Source: Clostridia bacterium | Lineage (GTDB): Bacteria; Bacillota; Clostridia; Oscillospirales; CAG-272 | DNA length: 64,000 bases | NCBI GenBank assembly: GCA_017453255.1 | Contig: JAFTKN010000010.1 | Span: 88,458-152,457 of the forward strand | Reading direction: 5' to 3' | Shown here: in pieces, positions 46,024 to 55,128 of the stretch | Layout of the letters: each line of letters starts with the position of its first letter | Position numbering within the stretch: the stretch's first letter is position 1 | Notes under the pieces: generated by a model | What the model saw: only the letters and a program-made list of their open reading frames with translations | What the model was told of the DNA's origin: nothing | The model's database searches: none | Translations under genes and position numbers: made by a program

Positions 46024-46052
46024 TTGAAAATACTTTAGCGTAGTAGTACAAT
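46024..46052 (+). promoter_or_regulatory. sigma-A-type promoter of serC-serA-DUF1015
   Basis: TTGAAA (46024-29), 17 nt, TACAAT (46047-52). Confidence 0.5.
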
Positions 46053-46120
46053 AAAGTAAACTTTATTTCATTAAGGGATTATACATAGTATAATACCTAA
46101 AAACAAAGGAGGAATTTAAA

Positions 46121-47206
46121 ATGGAAAGAGTTTACAATTTTTCTGCAGGTCCATCAATGCTACCTCTTCAGGTTTTAGAGACAGCAGCAAGTGAAATGCT
46201 AAATTACAAGGGAAGTGGAATGTCGGTTATGGAAATGAGCCACCGTTCCCCTGTATATGATGAAATTATTAAGGATGCAGAGGCGAAGCTTCGCCAGCTT
46301 ATGAATATTCCTGATAATTACAAGGTGCTTTTCTTACAGGGAGGCGCTTCAACACAGTTTGCAGCTGTACCACTTAATTTAATGAAAAACAAGAAAGCTG
46401 ATTATATTGTTTCTGGTCAATTTTCAGGTAAAGCACAAAAAGAAGCTATGAAATATGGTGAAGCAAAGATTGTTGCTTCAAGCAAGGATGCAAATTTCTC
46501 ATTTGTTCCAAAGACAGATAGAAGCACATTCAGCTCTGATGCTGATTATGTTCATGTTTGCTTCAATAACACAATTTACGGAACAAAGTTCCCATATGTT
46601 CCAGATACAGGTGATATTCCATTAGTAGCTGATATGTCATCATGCATTATTAGTGAGCCTGTTGATGTTTCAAAGTTTGGTCTTATTTATGCTGGTGCAC
46701 AAAAGAATATGGCGCCTGCTGGTCTTACCGTTGTTATCGTTAGAGAGGATTTAATAGGTAACGCAAGAGAGGATACACCAGCAATGCTTGATTATAAGCT
46801 AATGGCTGATAATGACTCAATGTATAACACACCACCTTGCTATTGCATTTATGTTGCTAAGCTTGTTTATGAGTGGATTTTAGGTCTTGGTGGACTTGAA
46901 AAGATGAAAGAGATGAATGAAAAGAAGGCAAACCTTCTATACGATTATCTTGATAGCCAGGATTACTATGTAGCTCCTGTTGAAAAGGAGAGCCGTTCGA
47001 TGATGAATGTTACATTTGTTACAGGTGATAGTGACCTTGATAAGAAATTTGCTAAGGAAGCAGAAGCGAACGGACTTAAAAATCTTAAAGGTCACCGTTC
47101 AGTTGGTGGTATGAGAGCTTCAATTTATAACGCGATGCCATATGAGGGCGTTGAAAAGCTCGTTGAATTTATGAAGGATTTCGCAAAAAATAACCCAAAA
47201 GCGTGA
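46121..47206 (+). CDS. serC: phosphoserine aminotransferase
   Basis: YNFSAGPSMLP start, MEMSHRS, AGAQKN (PLP Lys), GGMRASIYNA motifs. Confidence 0.95.
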   Translation: MERVYNFSAGPSMLPLQVLETAASEMLNYKGSGMSVMEMSHRSPVYDEIIKDAEAKLRQLMNIPDNYKVLFLQGGASTQFAAVPLNLMKNKKADYIVSGQFSGKAQKEAMKYGEAKIVASSKDANFSFVPKTDRSTFSSDADYVHVCFNNTIYGTKFPYVPDTGDIPLVADMSSCIISEPVDVSKFGLIYAGAQKNMAPAGLTVVIVREDLIGNAREDTPAMLDYKLMADNDSMYNTPPCYCIYVAKLVYEWILGLGGLEKMKEMNEKKANLLYDYLDSQDYYVAPVEKESRSMMNVTFVTGDSDLDKKFAKEAEANGLKNLKGHRSVGGMRASIYNAMPYEGVEKLVEFMKDFAKNNPKA

Positions 47207-47218
47207 AGAGGCATGAGA

Positions 47219-48376
47219 ATGAAAAATATTAAGTTAATGAATAAAATTGCCAAGGTTGGTACAGATAACTTTGACAGAACAATGTATAATGTAGGCGAGG
47301 ATGTAGAAAAAGCTGATGCTATAATGGTGCGTTCTGCTTCCTTACATGAAATGGAATTTAATAATGAGCTTGAGGCTATCGCACGTTGTGGAGCAGGTGT
47401 TAATAATATTCCTGTGGAAAAATGCGCCGAAAATGGTATAGTTGTATTTAATACACCAGGTGCTAACGCAAATGGTGTTAAGGAACTTGCTGTTTGTGCA
47501 TTGATTTTGGCTGCAAGAGATGTTGTAGGCGGAATTAAATGGGTAGAAACTTTAAATGGACAAGAGGGCGTTGCTAAGCTTGTCGAAAAAGGAAAGAGCG
47601 CATATGTTGGAAACGAACTTCTTGGTAAGAAGCTTGGAGTAATTGGTTTAGGGGCAATCGGTGGTATGGTTGCTAACGCTGCTAATTCACTTGGTATGAC
47701 TGTAATTGGATATGATCCATATCTTACACCAAAGGCTGCATGGAATTTAGCACCAACAATCAAGCAGGCAACTGGTTACGATGAAATTTTCAAAACTTGT
47801 GATTATATCACCCTTCATGTTCCTGCGACACCAACAACAAGGAATATGGTTTGCAAGGATTCAATTGCTCTTATGAAGGATGGCGTTAAAATTATTAATC
47901 TGTCAAGAGCAGATCTTGTTAATGCAGATGATATTAAAGAAGCGTTAAATGACAAAAAGGTTAGTGTTTATGTAACTGATTTTCCAACAGAGAATACTGT
48001 ATGTGCTAATGGAATCATTAATATTCCTCATCTTGGTGCTTCTACATATGAGTCAGAGGATAATTGTGCTGTAATGGCAGCAAAACAGCTTGACGAATAT
48101 TTAAAAACTGGTAATATCGTTAATAGTGTAAACTATCCTAATGTTTCTCTACCACGTACAGCTAATGCAAGGGTTTGTGTAATGCACAAAAATATTCCTA
48201 ATATGCTATCACAAATAACGGCTGCATTTTCGGCTGAGGGCTTGAATATTGAAAATCTTGCAAATGGTTCTAAGGGAGATTTTGCATATACGATTGCAGA
48301 GGTTGAAGAGGCAAAGGCTGAGGCAGTTGTAAATATTTCAAAAATTGAAGGCGTTTTAAGAGTAAAATGTTATTAG
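47219..48376 (+). CDS. serA: D-3-phosphoglycerate dehydrogenase with C-terminal ACT domain
   Basis: 2-hydroxyacid dehydrogenase NAD motif GVIGLGAIGG, catalytic HLGAST, ACT-like tail. The second ATG (47219) has better SD spacing than 47213. Confidence 0.85.
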   Translation: MKNIKLMNKIAKVGTDNFDRTMYNVGEDVEKADAIMVRSASLHEMEFNNELEAIARCGAGVNNIPVEKCAENGIVVFNTPGANANGVKELAVCALILAARDVVGGIKWVETLNGQEGVAKLVEKGKSAYVGNELLGKKLGVIGLGAIGGMVANAANSLGMTVIGYDPYLTPKAAWNLAPTIKQATGYDEIFKTCDYITLHVPATPTTRNMVCKDSIALMKDGVKIINLSRADLVNADDIKEALNDKKVSVYVTDFPTENTVCANGIINIPHLGASTYESEDNCAVMAAKQLDEYLKTGNIVNSVNYPNVSLPRTANARVCVMHKNIPNMLSQITAAFSAEGLNIENLANGSKGDFAYTIAEVEEAKAEAVVNISKIEGVLRVKCY

Positions 48377-48386
48377 AGGAAATAGT

Positions 48387-49628
48387 ATGGTAAAAGTAAA
48401 ACCATTTTACGCACTAAGACCAAAGGCGTCTATCGCATCAAAGGTTGCTGCGTTACCCTACGATGTTATGTCAAGTGACGAGGCAAGAGAAATGGTAAAG
48501 GATAATCCTTTTTCATTTCTCCATATCGACAAGGCAGAGATCGATCTTGATAAATCAATAGATTTATATGATGATATGGTTTATGCTAAGGCAAAAGAAA
48601 ATCTAAATCGTTTCGAGAACGAAGGAATCTATGTAAACGACAATGTAAAACGGTATTATTTTTACAGACAAATAATGGGCGATCATGTACAGACAGGAAT
48701 TGTTGGCTGTGCCTCTATCGACGATTATTTGGAAAACCGAATAAAAAAGCATGAATTCACACGAGCAGATAAAGAAATTGATAGAATTAAGCACGTAAGT
48801 GCTTGTTCTGCACAAACTGGACCTATTTTTCTTGCATTTAAGAATAATTTAACATTAGAGGGCATAATAGAAAAAGAAACCTCGAAAAAACCTATTTATG
48901 ATTTTGTGAGTGAGGATAGTATAAGGCATACTGTTTGGGCAACTGATGAACAACTTACTTGTGAAATAATTGAAAAAGCATTTTTGGATACAGAAGCATT
49001 ATATATTGCAGATGGACATCATCGTGCTGCATCAGCTGTAAAGGTAGGAGTAAAAAAGCGTGAGGAAAATCCAAATTATGACGGAACAGAGGAGTTTAAT
49101 TATTTTTTATCGGTAATTTTTCCTGCTAAGGCACTTAGAATTCTTGACTATAACAGACTTTTAAAGGATTTAAATGGTTATTCAGTTAATGAATTTTTAA
49201 ACCTTATTAATGAGAAAATAGGTAGGGTTGAGAATGTTGAAAACGGTCCATACCATCCTGAAGCACTTCATACGTTCGGTATATATCTTGATAATAAATG
49301 GTATAAGGTAACTATGTATGATGAAATAACGAGTGGTGTTAGTGCTGTTGATAGGCTTGATTGTTCAATTTTACAAAAGCATGTATTGTCGGCAATATTA
49401 GGCATTGAGGATCCAAGAAGCGATAAGAGAATTGATTTCGCTGGTGGAATTCGTGGCTTGAAATATTTAGAGCAACGATGTAGTCAAGATATGAAAATGG
49501 CTATTTCTATGTATCCAACATCGTTAAACGAGCTTATGGCTGTAGCAGATAGTGGAGAGGTAATGCCTCCTAAATCTACATGGTTTGAACCTAAGCTTAG
49601 GAGTGGACTACTAATACATAAAATTTAA
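48387..49628 (+). CDS. DUF1015-family protein (function unknown), co-operonic with serCA
   Basis: VKPFYALRPKASIASKVAALPYDVMSSDEAR is the N-terminal pattern typical of DUF1015. Also ADGHHR motif. Starts 10 nt after the serA stop. Confidence 0.75.
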   Translation: MVKVKPFYALRPKASIASKVAALPYDVMSSDEAREMVKDNPFSFLHIDKAEIDLDKSIDLYDDMVYAKAKENLNRFENEGIYVNDNVKRYYFYRQIMGDHVQTGIVGCASIDDYLENRIKKHEFTRADKEIDRIKHVSACSAQTGPIFLAFKNNLTLEGIIEKETSKKPIYDFVSEDSIRHTVWATDEQLTCEIIEKAFLDTEALYIADGHHRAASAVKVGVKKREENPNYDGTEEFNYFLSVIFPAKALRILDYNRLLKDLNGYSVNEFLNLINEKIGRVENVENGPYHPEALHTFGIYLDNKWYKVTMYDEITSGVSAVDRLDCSILQKHVLSAILGIEDPRSDKRIDFAGGIRGLKYLEQRCSQDMKMAISMYPTSLNELMAVADSGEVMPPKSTWFEPKLRSGLLIHKI

Positions 49629-49637
49629 TTCCAATAC

Positions 49638-49666
49638 TTGACAACATAATAAAATAGTGCTAAAAT
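49638..49666 (+). promoter_or_regulatory. sigma-A-type promoter driving the riboswitch leader and P-type ATPase
   Basis: TTGACA (49638-43), 17 nt, TAAAAT (49661-66). The predicted TSS lies just before aptamer helix P1. Confidence 0.65.
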
Positions 49667-49674
49667 TACTATAC

Positions 49675-49786
49675 ATAAGGGAGTAATCGGCGCATTTTGC
49701 GTAGTAAGGTCAACTAAAAGTACGTTTTGTACTGGCTTTATTTGAAATGATGAGACTTATCTGCTAATGCAGATAAGTCTTTTTTA
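49675..49786 (+). promoter_or_regulatory. candidate yybP-ykoY (Mn2+) riboswitch with terminator expression platform
   Basis: AUAAG-GGAGUA...GUCAAC...GUAC-GUUUU-GUAC-UGGCUUUAUUUGA...GAGAC-CUUAU. P1 pairs 49675-79 with 49756-60. Conserved GGGAGUA, GUCAA, GGCUUU.UU.GA and GAGAC blocks resemble the L. lactis yybP-ykoY aptamer as I recall it. A 12-bp terminator (49753-49780 plus T5) shares the P1 3' strand. Confidence 0.6.
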
Positions 49787-49821
49787 AAGTAAAGATTGCT
49801 CTGTAAAAAGGAGAAAAACGA

Positions 49822-52473
49822 ATGAAAGAATATCTTCAATCATCCAAACAGGTAATGAATGATCTTTCTACTGGCGAAAACGGCTTATCCTCAAGTGAAG
49901 CACAAGCAAGACTTGAGAAAAATGGCAAAAATAAGCTTGCAGAAGGAAAAAAACAGCCTTGGATAGTAAAGTTCTTAAAGCAATTTGCAGAGCCAATGAC
50001 AATTGTTTTAATAATTGCTGCTATTATCTCAGGTGTCACAGAGATTATAGAACATCCAGGAGTACCTGTTGATGCTCTTATTATCGTTGCAGTTGTGTTG
50101 CTTAATGCGTTTTTAGGTGTCATTCAAGAAAGCAAGGCAGAAAAGGCGCTTGAGGCACTGGAAAAAATCGCTGCTGCAACATCAAAGGTTATAAGAGATG
50201 GTCACCAAATAACTATTAAAAGTGAAGACTTGGTTGTTGGTGATATAATAGTTTTAGAGGCTGGAGATGCTGTTCCTGCTGATGCTCGTATAATTGAGAG
50301 TGCAAGCCTAAAAATTGAGGAGGCGGCACTAACAGGAGAAAGTGTTCCAGTTGATAAGAAAACAGCTGTTCTTGAAGCAGGAGCAAACGGAGACGTTCCA
50401 TTAGGAGATCGTAAAAACATGGTATTCATGGGAAGTACGGTCGTTTATGGACGTGGTAAAGCTGTTGTAACTGGCACAGCAATGGACACAGAAATGGGCA
50501 AAATTGCAGATGCACTAACTAATGCTCAAGAGGGAAAGACCCCACTACAAAGAAAGCTTGGACAGTTGAGCAAGGTGCTTACAATACTTGTTCTTGGAAT
50601 ATGCGTTGTAATGCTTGGAGTTAACTTTATTAGGGCAGGCATTTCTGGTGCACTATCAGCTGATCCTTCACACACAATAATGAATTCCTTTATGCTTGCA
50701 ATTTCTTTAGCTGTTGCTGCAATACCAGAGGGACTTGCAACGGTTGTAACAATTGTTTTGTCAATTGGTGTTACTAATATGGCAAAGAGAAATGCTATCA
50801 TTAGAAAGCTCACAGCTGTTGAAACGCTTGGTTGCACACAAATTATTTGCTCAGATAAGACAGGTACTCTTACACAAAATAAAATGACTGTTGTTGAGCA
50901 TTTTGGAGACGACGAACAAATGTTAGCGATTTCAATGTCGCTTTGCTCAGATGCCGAATTTGACAATGAGGTTGGTACGGCGGTTGGTGAGCCTACCGAA
51001 TGTGCACTTGTAAATTATGCTGAAAGCTTACACTTATCAAAAAATGAAAAAAAGCTTACCTATGTACGTATAGGTGAGGTACCATTCGATTCTAACAGAA
51101 AAATGATGACCACTGTTCATAATAATGGTGAGTTAATTCAATTTACAAAGGGTGCACCTGATGAAATTGTTAAAAGATGCACACGTCTTTATGAAAATGG
51201 TGTAATAACCGAGCTTACAGAAGAAAAAAGAGAAGAAATACTATCAGCTAACAAAAATATGGCGGATAGAGCGTTGCGTGTGTTAGCTGTTGGCCTTAAG
51301 TATCTTGACGCTGAACCAGTTGAATATTCAAGTGAAAATCTTGAAAACGAGCTATGCTTTGTTGGATTGGTTGGTATGATAGACCCTGTAAGACCAGAGG
51401 TTAAGCCTGCTATTGATGAATGTAGAAGCGCGGGCATTAGACCAATTATGATTACAGGTGACCATAAGGATACAGCCGTTGCTATTGCTATGCAGCTTGG
51501 AATAATTGACAGTAAAGAACAGGCTATTACAGGAGCCGAGCTTGATGCGATTTCCGATGAGGGTTTTGAGACACTTGTTGAAAATTATTCTGTATATGCA
51601 CGTGTTCAGCCTGAGCATAAAACAAGAATTGTAAATGCATGGCGTAAAAAGGGCAAGGTAACTGCTATGACAGGTGATGGTGTAAATGATGCACCATCAA
51701 TCAAAAATGCAGATATTGGTGTCGGCATGGGCATTACAGGTACTGACGTTACCAAAAACGTTGCTGATATGATACTTACAGATGATAACTTTGCTACTAT
51801 CGTTTCAGCCGTTGGTGAAGGTAGACGTATTTACGATAACATTAGGAAAGCTATTCAGTTCTTACTTGCATCGAATTTATCTGAGGTTGTTGCAATCTTT
51901 ATTGCAACCTTAGCAGGTATTTCATTATTCCAACCTGTTCATTTGCTATTTATCAATCTTATTACTGACACTTTACCAGCAATTTCGTTGGGTATGGAAT
52001 GTTCTGAAAAGAATATTATGAATAGAAAACCGAGGGATTCCAAGGAAGGAATTTTTGCTGGTGGATTAGGAATAGGTGTTGTGTATCAAGGCATTTTAGT
52101 TGCTGGCTTGACGCTTGTTTCTTATTTCATTGGTTGCAATGTTTTAAGTGGTGGACCATTAGTTGGAACTTCGATGGCGTTTATGACACTTTCAATGGCA
52201 GAGATTTTCCACGCGTTTAATATGCGTTCATTGAAGGGCTCTATATTTACTGTAAAGAAACAGAATATAGTGCTTTGGGGTGCGGCAATTCTTTCTTTTG
52301 CACTAACAAATCTTGTATTGATGGTACCAGCGATTGCAACTAATGTATTTAGTTTAATTCCATTAGATGTTAAACAATACTTTATTGCATTGGGTATAGC
52401 GTTTGCTGTAATTCCTATCGTAGAGATAGTTAAACTCATTACAAATTGTATAACAAAATCAAAAAAGAAATAG
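49822..52473 (+). CDS. P2-type (Ca2+/Mn2+-like) cation-transporting P-type ATPase
   Basis: 883 aa. TGES actuator motif, phosphorylation site CSDKTGTLT, KGAPD, MITGDH, TGDGVNDAP, and 10-TM layout. Confidence 0.9.
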   Translation: MKEYLQSSKQVMNDLSTGENGLSSSEAQARLEKNGKNKLAEGKKQPWIVKFLKQFAEPMTIVLIIAAIISGVTEIIEHPGVPVDALIIVAVVLLNAFLGVIQESKAEKALEALEKIAAATSKVIRDGHQITIKSEDLVVGDIIVLEAGDAVPADARIIESASLKIEEAALTGESVPVDKKTAVLEAGANGDVPLGDRKNMVFMGSTVVYGRGKAVVTGTAMDTEMGKIADALTNAQEGKTPLQRKLGQLSKVLTILVLGICVVMLGVNFIRAGISGALSADPSHTIMNSFMLAISLAVAAIPEGLATVVTIVLSIGVTNMAKRNAIIRKLTAVETLGCTQIICSDKTGTLTQNKMTVVEHFGDDEQMLAISMSLCSDAEFDNEVGTAVGEPTECALVNYAESLHLSKNEKKLTYVRIGEVPFDSNRKMMTTVHNNGELIQFTKGAPDEIVKRCTRLYENGVITELTEEKREEILSANKNMADRALRVLAVGLKYLDAEPVEYSSENLENELCFVGLVGMIDPVRPEVKPAIDECRSAGIRPIMITGDHKDTAVAIAMQLGIIDSKEQAITGAELDAISDEGFETLVENYSVYARVQPEHKTRIVNAWRKKGKVTAMTGDGVNDAPSIKNADIGVGMGITGTDVTKNVADMILTDDNFATIVSAVGEGRRIYDNIRKAIQFLLASNLSEVVAIFIATLAGISLFQPVHLLFINLITDTLPAISLGMECSEKNIMNRKPRDSKEGIFAGGLGIGVVYQGILVAGLTLVSYFIGCNVLSGGPLVGTSMAFMTLSMAEIFHAFNMRSLKGSIFTVKKQNIVLWGAAILSFALTNLVLMVPAIATNVFSLIPLDVKQYFIALGIAFAVIPIVEIVKLITNCITKSKKK

Positions 52474-52475
52474 TT

Positions 52476-52511
52476 AAAGGATGTGCGATTTTTGGTCGCA
52501 CATCTTTTTTT
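52476..52511 (+). terminator. intrinsic terminator after the P-type ATPase gene
   Basis: AAAGGATGTGCGA-tttttgg-TCGCACATCTTT followed by a T-run. Confidence 0.85.
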
Positions 52512-52594
52512 ATCAAAATATGGAATTAGCAATTACGAATTTTTTATGAAATAGAACAAATAATAACCTTGACAATAATTTCAGGAGAAAAATT

Positions 52595-54325
52595 ATGAGT
52601 GAAAAGGTAAAAAAAACAGTCATAAAAAAAGAAAAACGATTTTTTGATAAGGGAAAAATATTTGATTTCTTGCAAAAGCTTGGAAAGGTGTTAATGGTTG
52701 TTATAGCTGTTATGCCTGCTGCAGGAATAATGATAAGTATAGGAAAATTAATTCCTATGCTTGGAAGTAATGTTACTTGGCTTATAAGGGTTGGTGCCAT
52801 TGTAGAAAACATCGGTTGGGCGGTTATAACAAACTTAAATATCTTATTTGCGGTAGCAATAGGTGGATCTTGGGCTAAGGAAAGAGCTGGAGGTGCTTTT
52901 GCCGCACTTTTATCATTTATCTTAATTAATAATATTACAGGTAATATTTTTGGAGTAACAAACGAAATGCTATCTGATCCTACAGCAACAGTGAAAACAA
53001 TATTTGGTCAAGAAATAGCAGTAGATGGATATTTTACATCTGTTTTGGGATCTCCAGCACTCAATGCGGGCGTATTTGTTGGAATTATAGCTGGCTTTTT
53101 AGGTGGAATTGTTTATAATAAATTTTATAATTTTAGAAAATTACCTGATGCTTTATCATTTTTTAACGGAAAGCGATTTGTTCCACTTGTTGTTATACTA
53201 TGGTCGTTAATAGTAGCCATTATTTTTGCAATAATTTGGCCACTTATTCAGTATGGAATAAATTCTTTTGGTATTTGGATTGCAAACTCTGCAAATACCT
53301 CACCTGTGTTGGCACCATTTATTTATGGAACACTTGAAAGACTTCTTTTACCATTTGGTTTGCATCACATGCTAACAATTCCGATGAATTATACTTCGTT
53401 TGGCGGTAGTTATATTATTCAAACAGGTGCTAACGCAGGTCAAACTGTATTTGGACAAGATCCACTATGGCTTGCTTGGATTAATGACCTGATAAATTTA
53501 AAGGACGCAGGGAACATTGATGCTTATAATGCGTTATTAACAGGAATTACACCTGCAAGATTTAAGGTAGGACAAATGATAGGTGCGACGGGATTGCTTA
53601 TGGGCGTTGCATTAGCTATGTACAAAAGAATTGATAAAGATAAGAGAAAAAAGTATCGTTCAATGTTTATTTCAGCTGCTTTGGCGGTATTTTTAACTGG
53701 TGTAACTGAGCCACTTGAGTATATGTTTATGTTTTGTGCAATTCCTTTGTATATCGTATATTCATTAGTTCAGGGATTGGCATTTGCATCGGCAGGAATT
53801 GTAAATTTAAGGCTTCATTCATTTGGAAATATCGAGTTATTAACAAGGGCACCGATGTCAATAAAAGCTGGTCTATGGGGAGATTTAATTAATTTTGTTT
53901 TATTCAGCATTCTATTCTTTGCTATAGGTTATATAATTACGTACTTTATGGTTGGAAAATTTAAGTATGCAACTCCAGGTAGACTTGGAAACTATGCTGA
54001 TTTGCCAGGTGAGCAGAGTGTAGAGCTTGAGGAAAAAACTACTATAAGTGAAACAACTATATCAACTACTGAAAAAACAGTAACATCTGTAAAAAGTCAA
54101 GCAGAACACATTATTGAGCTGTTAGGTGGTAGAGAAAACATCGAGCTTGTTGATGCTTGCATGACACGTCTTCGTGTAACAGTAAAGGATCACGACAAGG
54201 TAGCAGGGATTGACAAGTGGAAGGAAGCAGGGGCGCTTGGTCTTTTCAAAAAAGGAAACGGAATACAGGCTGTTTATGGACCTAAGGCAGATGTTTTAAA
54301 ATCTGATATAAATGATATTTTATAA
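52595..54325 (+). CDS. PTS EIICB component, glucose/maltose (alpha-glucoside) family
   Basis: 576 aa. EIIC membrane domain (GLHHMLTIP-type motif) plus a C-terminal EIIB domain with the phospho-Cys motif DACMTRLRV. Confidence 0.85.
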   Translation: MSEKVKKTVIKKEKRFFDKGKIFDFLQKLGKVLMVVIAVMPAAGIMISIGKLIPMLGSNVTWLIRVGAIVENIGWAVITNLNILFAVAIGGSWAKERAGGAFAALLSFILINNITGNIFGVTNEMLSDPTATVKTIFGQEIAVDGYFTSVLGSPALNAGVFVGIIAGFLGGIVYNKFYNFRKLPDALSFFNGKRFVPLVVILWSLIVAIIFAIIWPLIQYGINSFGIWIANSANTSPVLAPFIYGTLERLLLPFGLHHMLTIPMNYTSFGGSYIIQTGANAGQTVFGQDPLWLAWINDLINLKDAGNIDAYNALLTGITPARFKVGQMIGATGLLMGVALAMYKRIDKDKRKKYRSMFISAALAVFLTGVTEPLEYMFMFCAIPLYIVYSLVQGLAFASAGIVNLRLHSFGNIELLTRAPMSIKAGLWGDLINFVLFSILFFAIGYIITYFMVGKFKYATPGRLGNYADLPGEQSVELEEKTTISETTISTTEKTVTSVKSQAEHIIELLGGRENIELVDACMTRLRVTVKDHDKVAGIDKWKEAGALGLFKKGNGIQAVYGPKADVLKSDINDIL

Positions 54326-55128
54326 TGAAACTAATAACATTGAATACTCATAGTCTTGTAGAAAAAAATTATAATAAAAAGTTAAAAGCTTTTATCTCTT
54401 TGATAAAAAAATATGATCCTGATATAATATCTCTTCAAGAGGTAATGCAACCTAAGGACGCAAAAAAAGCACAAAAAACCGAAAAAATCCTTTCTCTTGG
54501 CAAAATTCCTGTTAGAGAAGAAAATCATGTTTTAACTGTGCTTAACAGGCTCATAAAGGAAGGATTTAATTATAATTGTGCGTGGTTAGGAATAAAACAA
54601 GCTTATGATAAATATGAAGAAGGTGTTTGTATATTGTCCAAATGGGAAATAGATGAAATAAAATCCATTTTGCTGAGCCCATTTGATGTATATGAGAACT
54701 GGAAAACACGCAAAACAATCGGAATAAGAGTAAAAGATAGATGGTTTTATTCAATCCATCTAAGCTGGTGGGATGATACCGAATCACCATCAAAGTATGA
54801 AATTGAAACCTTATATGATAAAACGAACAAGGAAAAAACATGGCTCTTAGGTGATTTTAATTGTCCCTCCAATGAAAAAAACAAAGGATATGATTTATTA
54901 TTAAACTATTGGAAAGATACATTTGTGATTGCTGAAAAAAAAGATGATGGAATAACAGTAAAAGGGAAAATTGACGGATGGAAAAATAGTGAAAGTAAGC
55001 GAATAGATTATATTTTAACTAACGAAAATATAAAAATAAAAAGTTCACAAGTGATTTTCAATGGGAAAAATGGAGAAATAGTATCAGATCATTTTGGAAT
55101 ACTTGTAGAAACGGAGGAAAATATATGA
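54325..55128 (+). CDS. mapP: endonuclease/exonuclease/phosphatase-family sugar-phosphate phosphatase, MapP-like (maltose 6'-phosphate phosphatase)
   Basis: 267-aa EEP fold (LITLNTHS.., SLQEV, GDFN, SDHFG). Start shares a base with the EIICB stop (TAATG). Sits between a maltose-type PTS and malQ, as with E. faecalis MapP. Confidence 0.65.
   Translation: MKLITLNTHSLVEKNYNKKLKAFISLIKKYDPDIISLQEVMQPKDAKKAQKTEKILSLGKIPVREENHVLTVLNRLIKEGFNYNCAWLGIKQAYDKYEEGVCILSKWEIDEIKSILLSPFDVYENWKTRKTIGIRVKDRWFYSIHLSWWDDTESPSKYEIETLYDKTNKEKTWLLGDFNCPSNEKNKGYDLLLNYWKDTFVIAEKKDDGITVKGKIDGWKNSESKRIDYILTNENIKIKSSQVIFNGKNGEIVSDHFGILVETEENI

Noticed and set aside
47125-47763. 212-aa minus-strand ORF spanning the serC/serA junction
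   Set aside because: Antisense to two genes with unmistakable family motifs. The product is low-complexity (Ala/Ser/Pro/Thr-rich) and has no RBS or promoter. It is a shadow ORF caused by codon bias.
50526-50966. 146-aa antisense ORF inside the P-type ATPase gene (also 52122-52532 and 52513-52812 at its 3' end and the PTS leader)
   Set aside because: Opposite to genes with complete P-type ATPase and EIIC motif sets. There are no translation signals, and they cross terminators and promoters.
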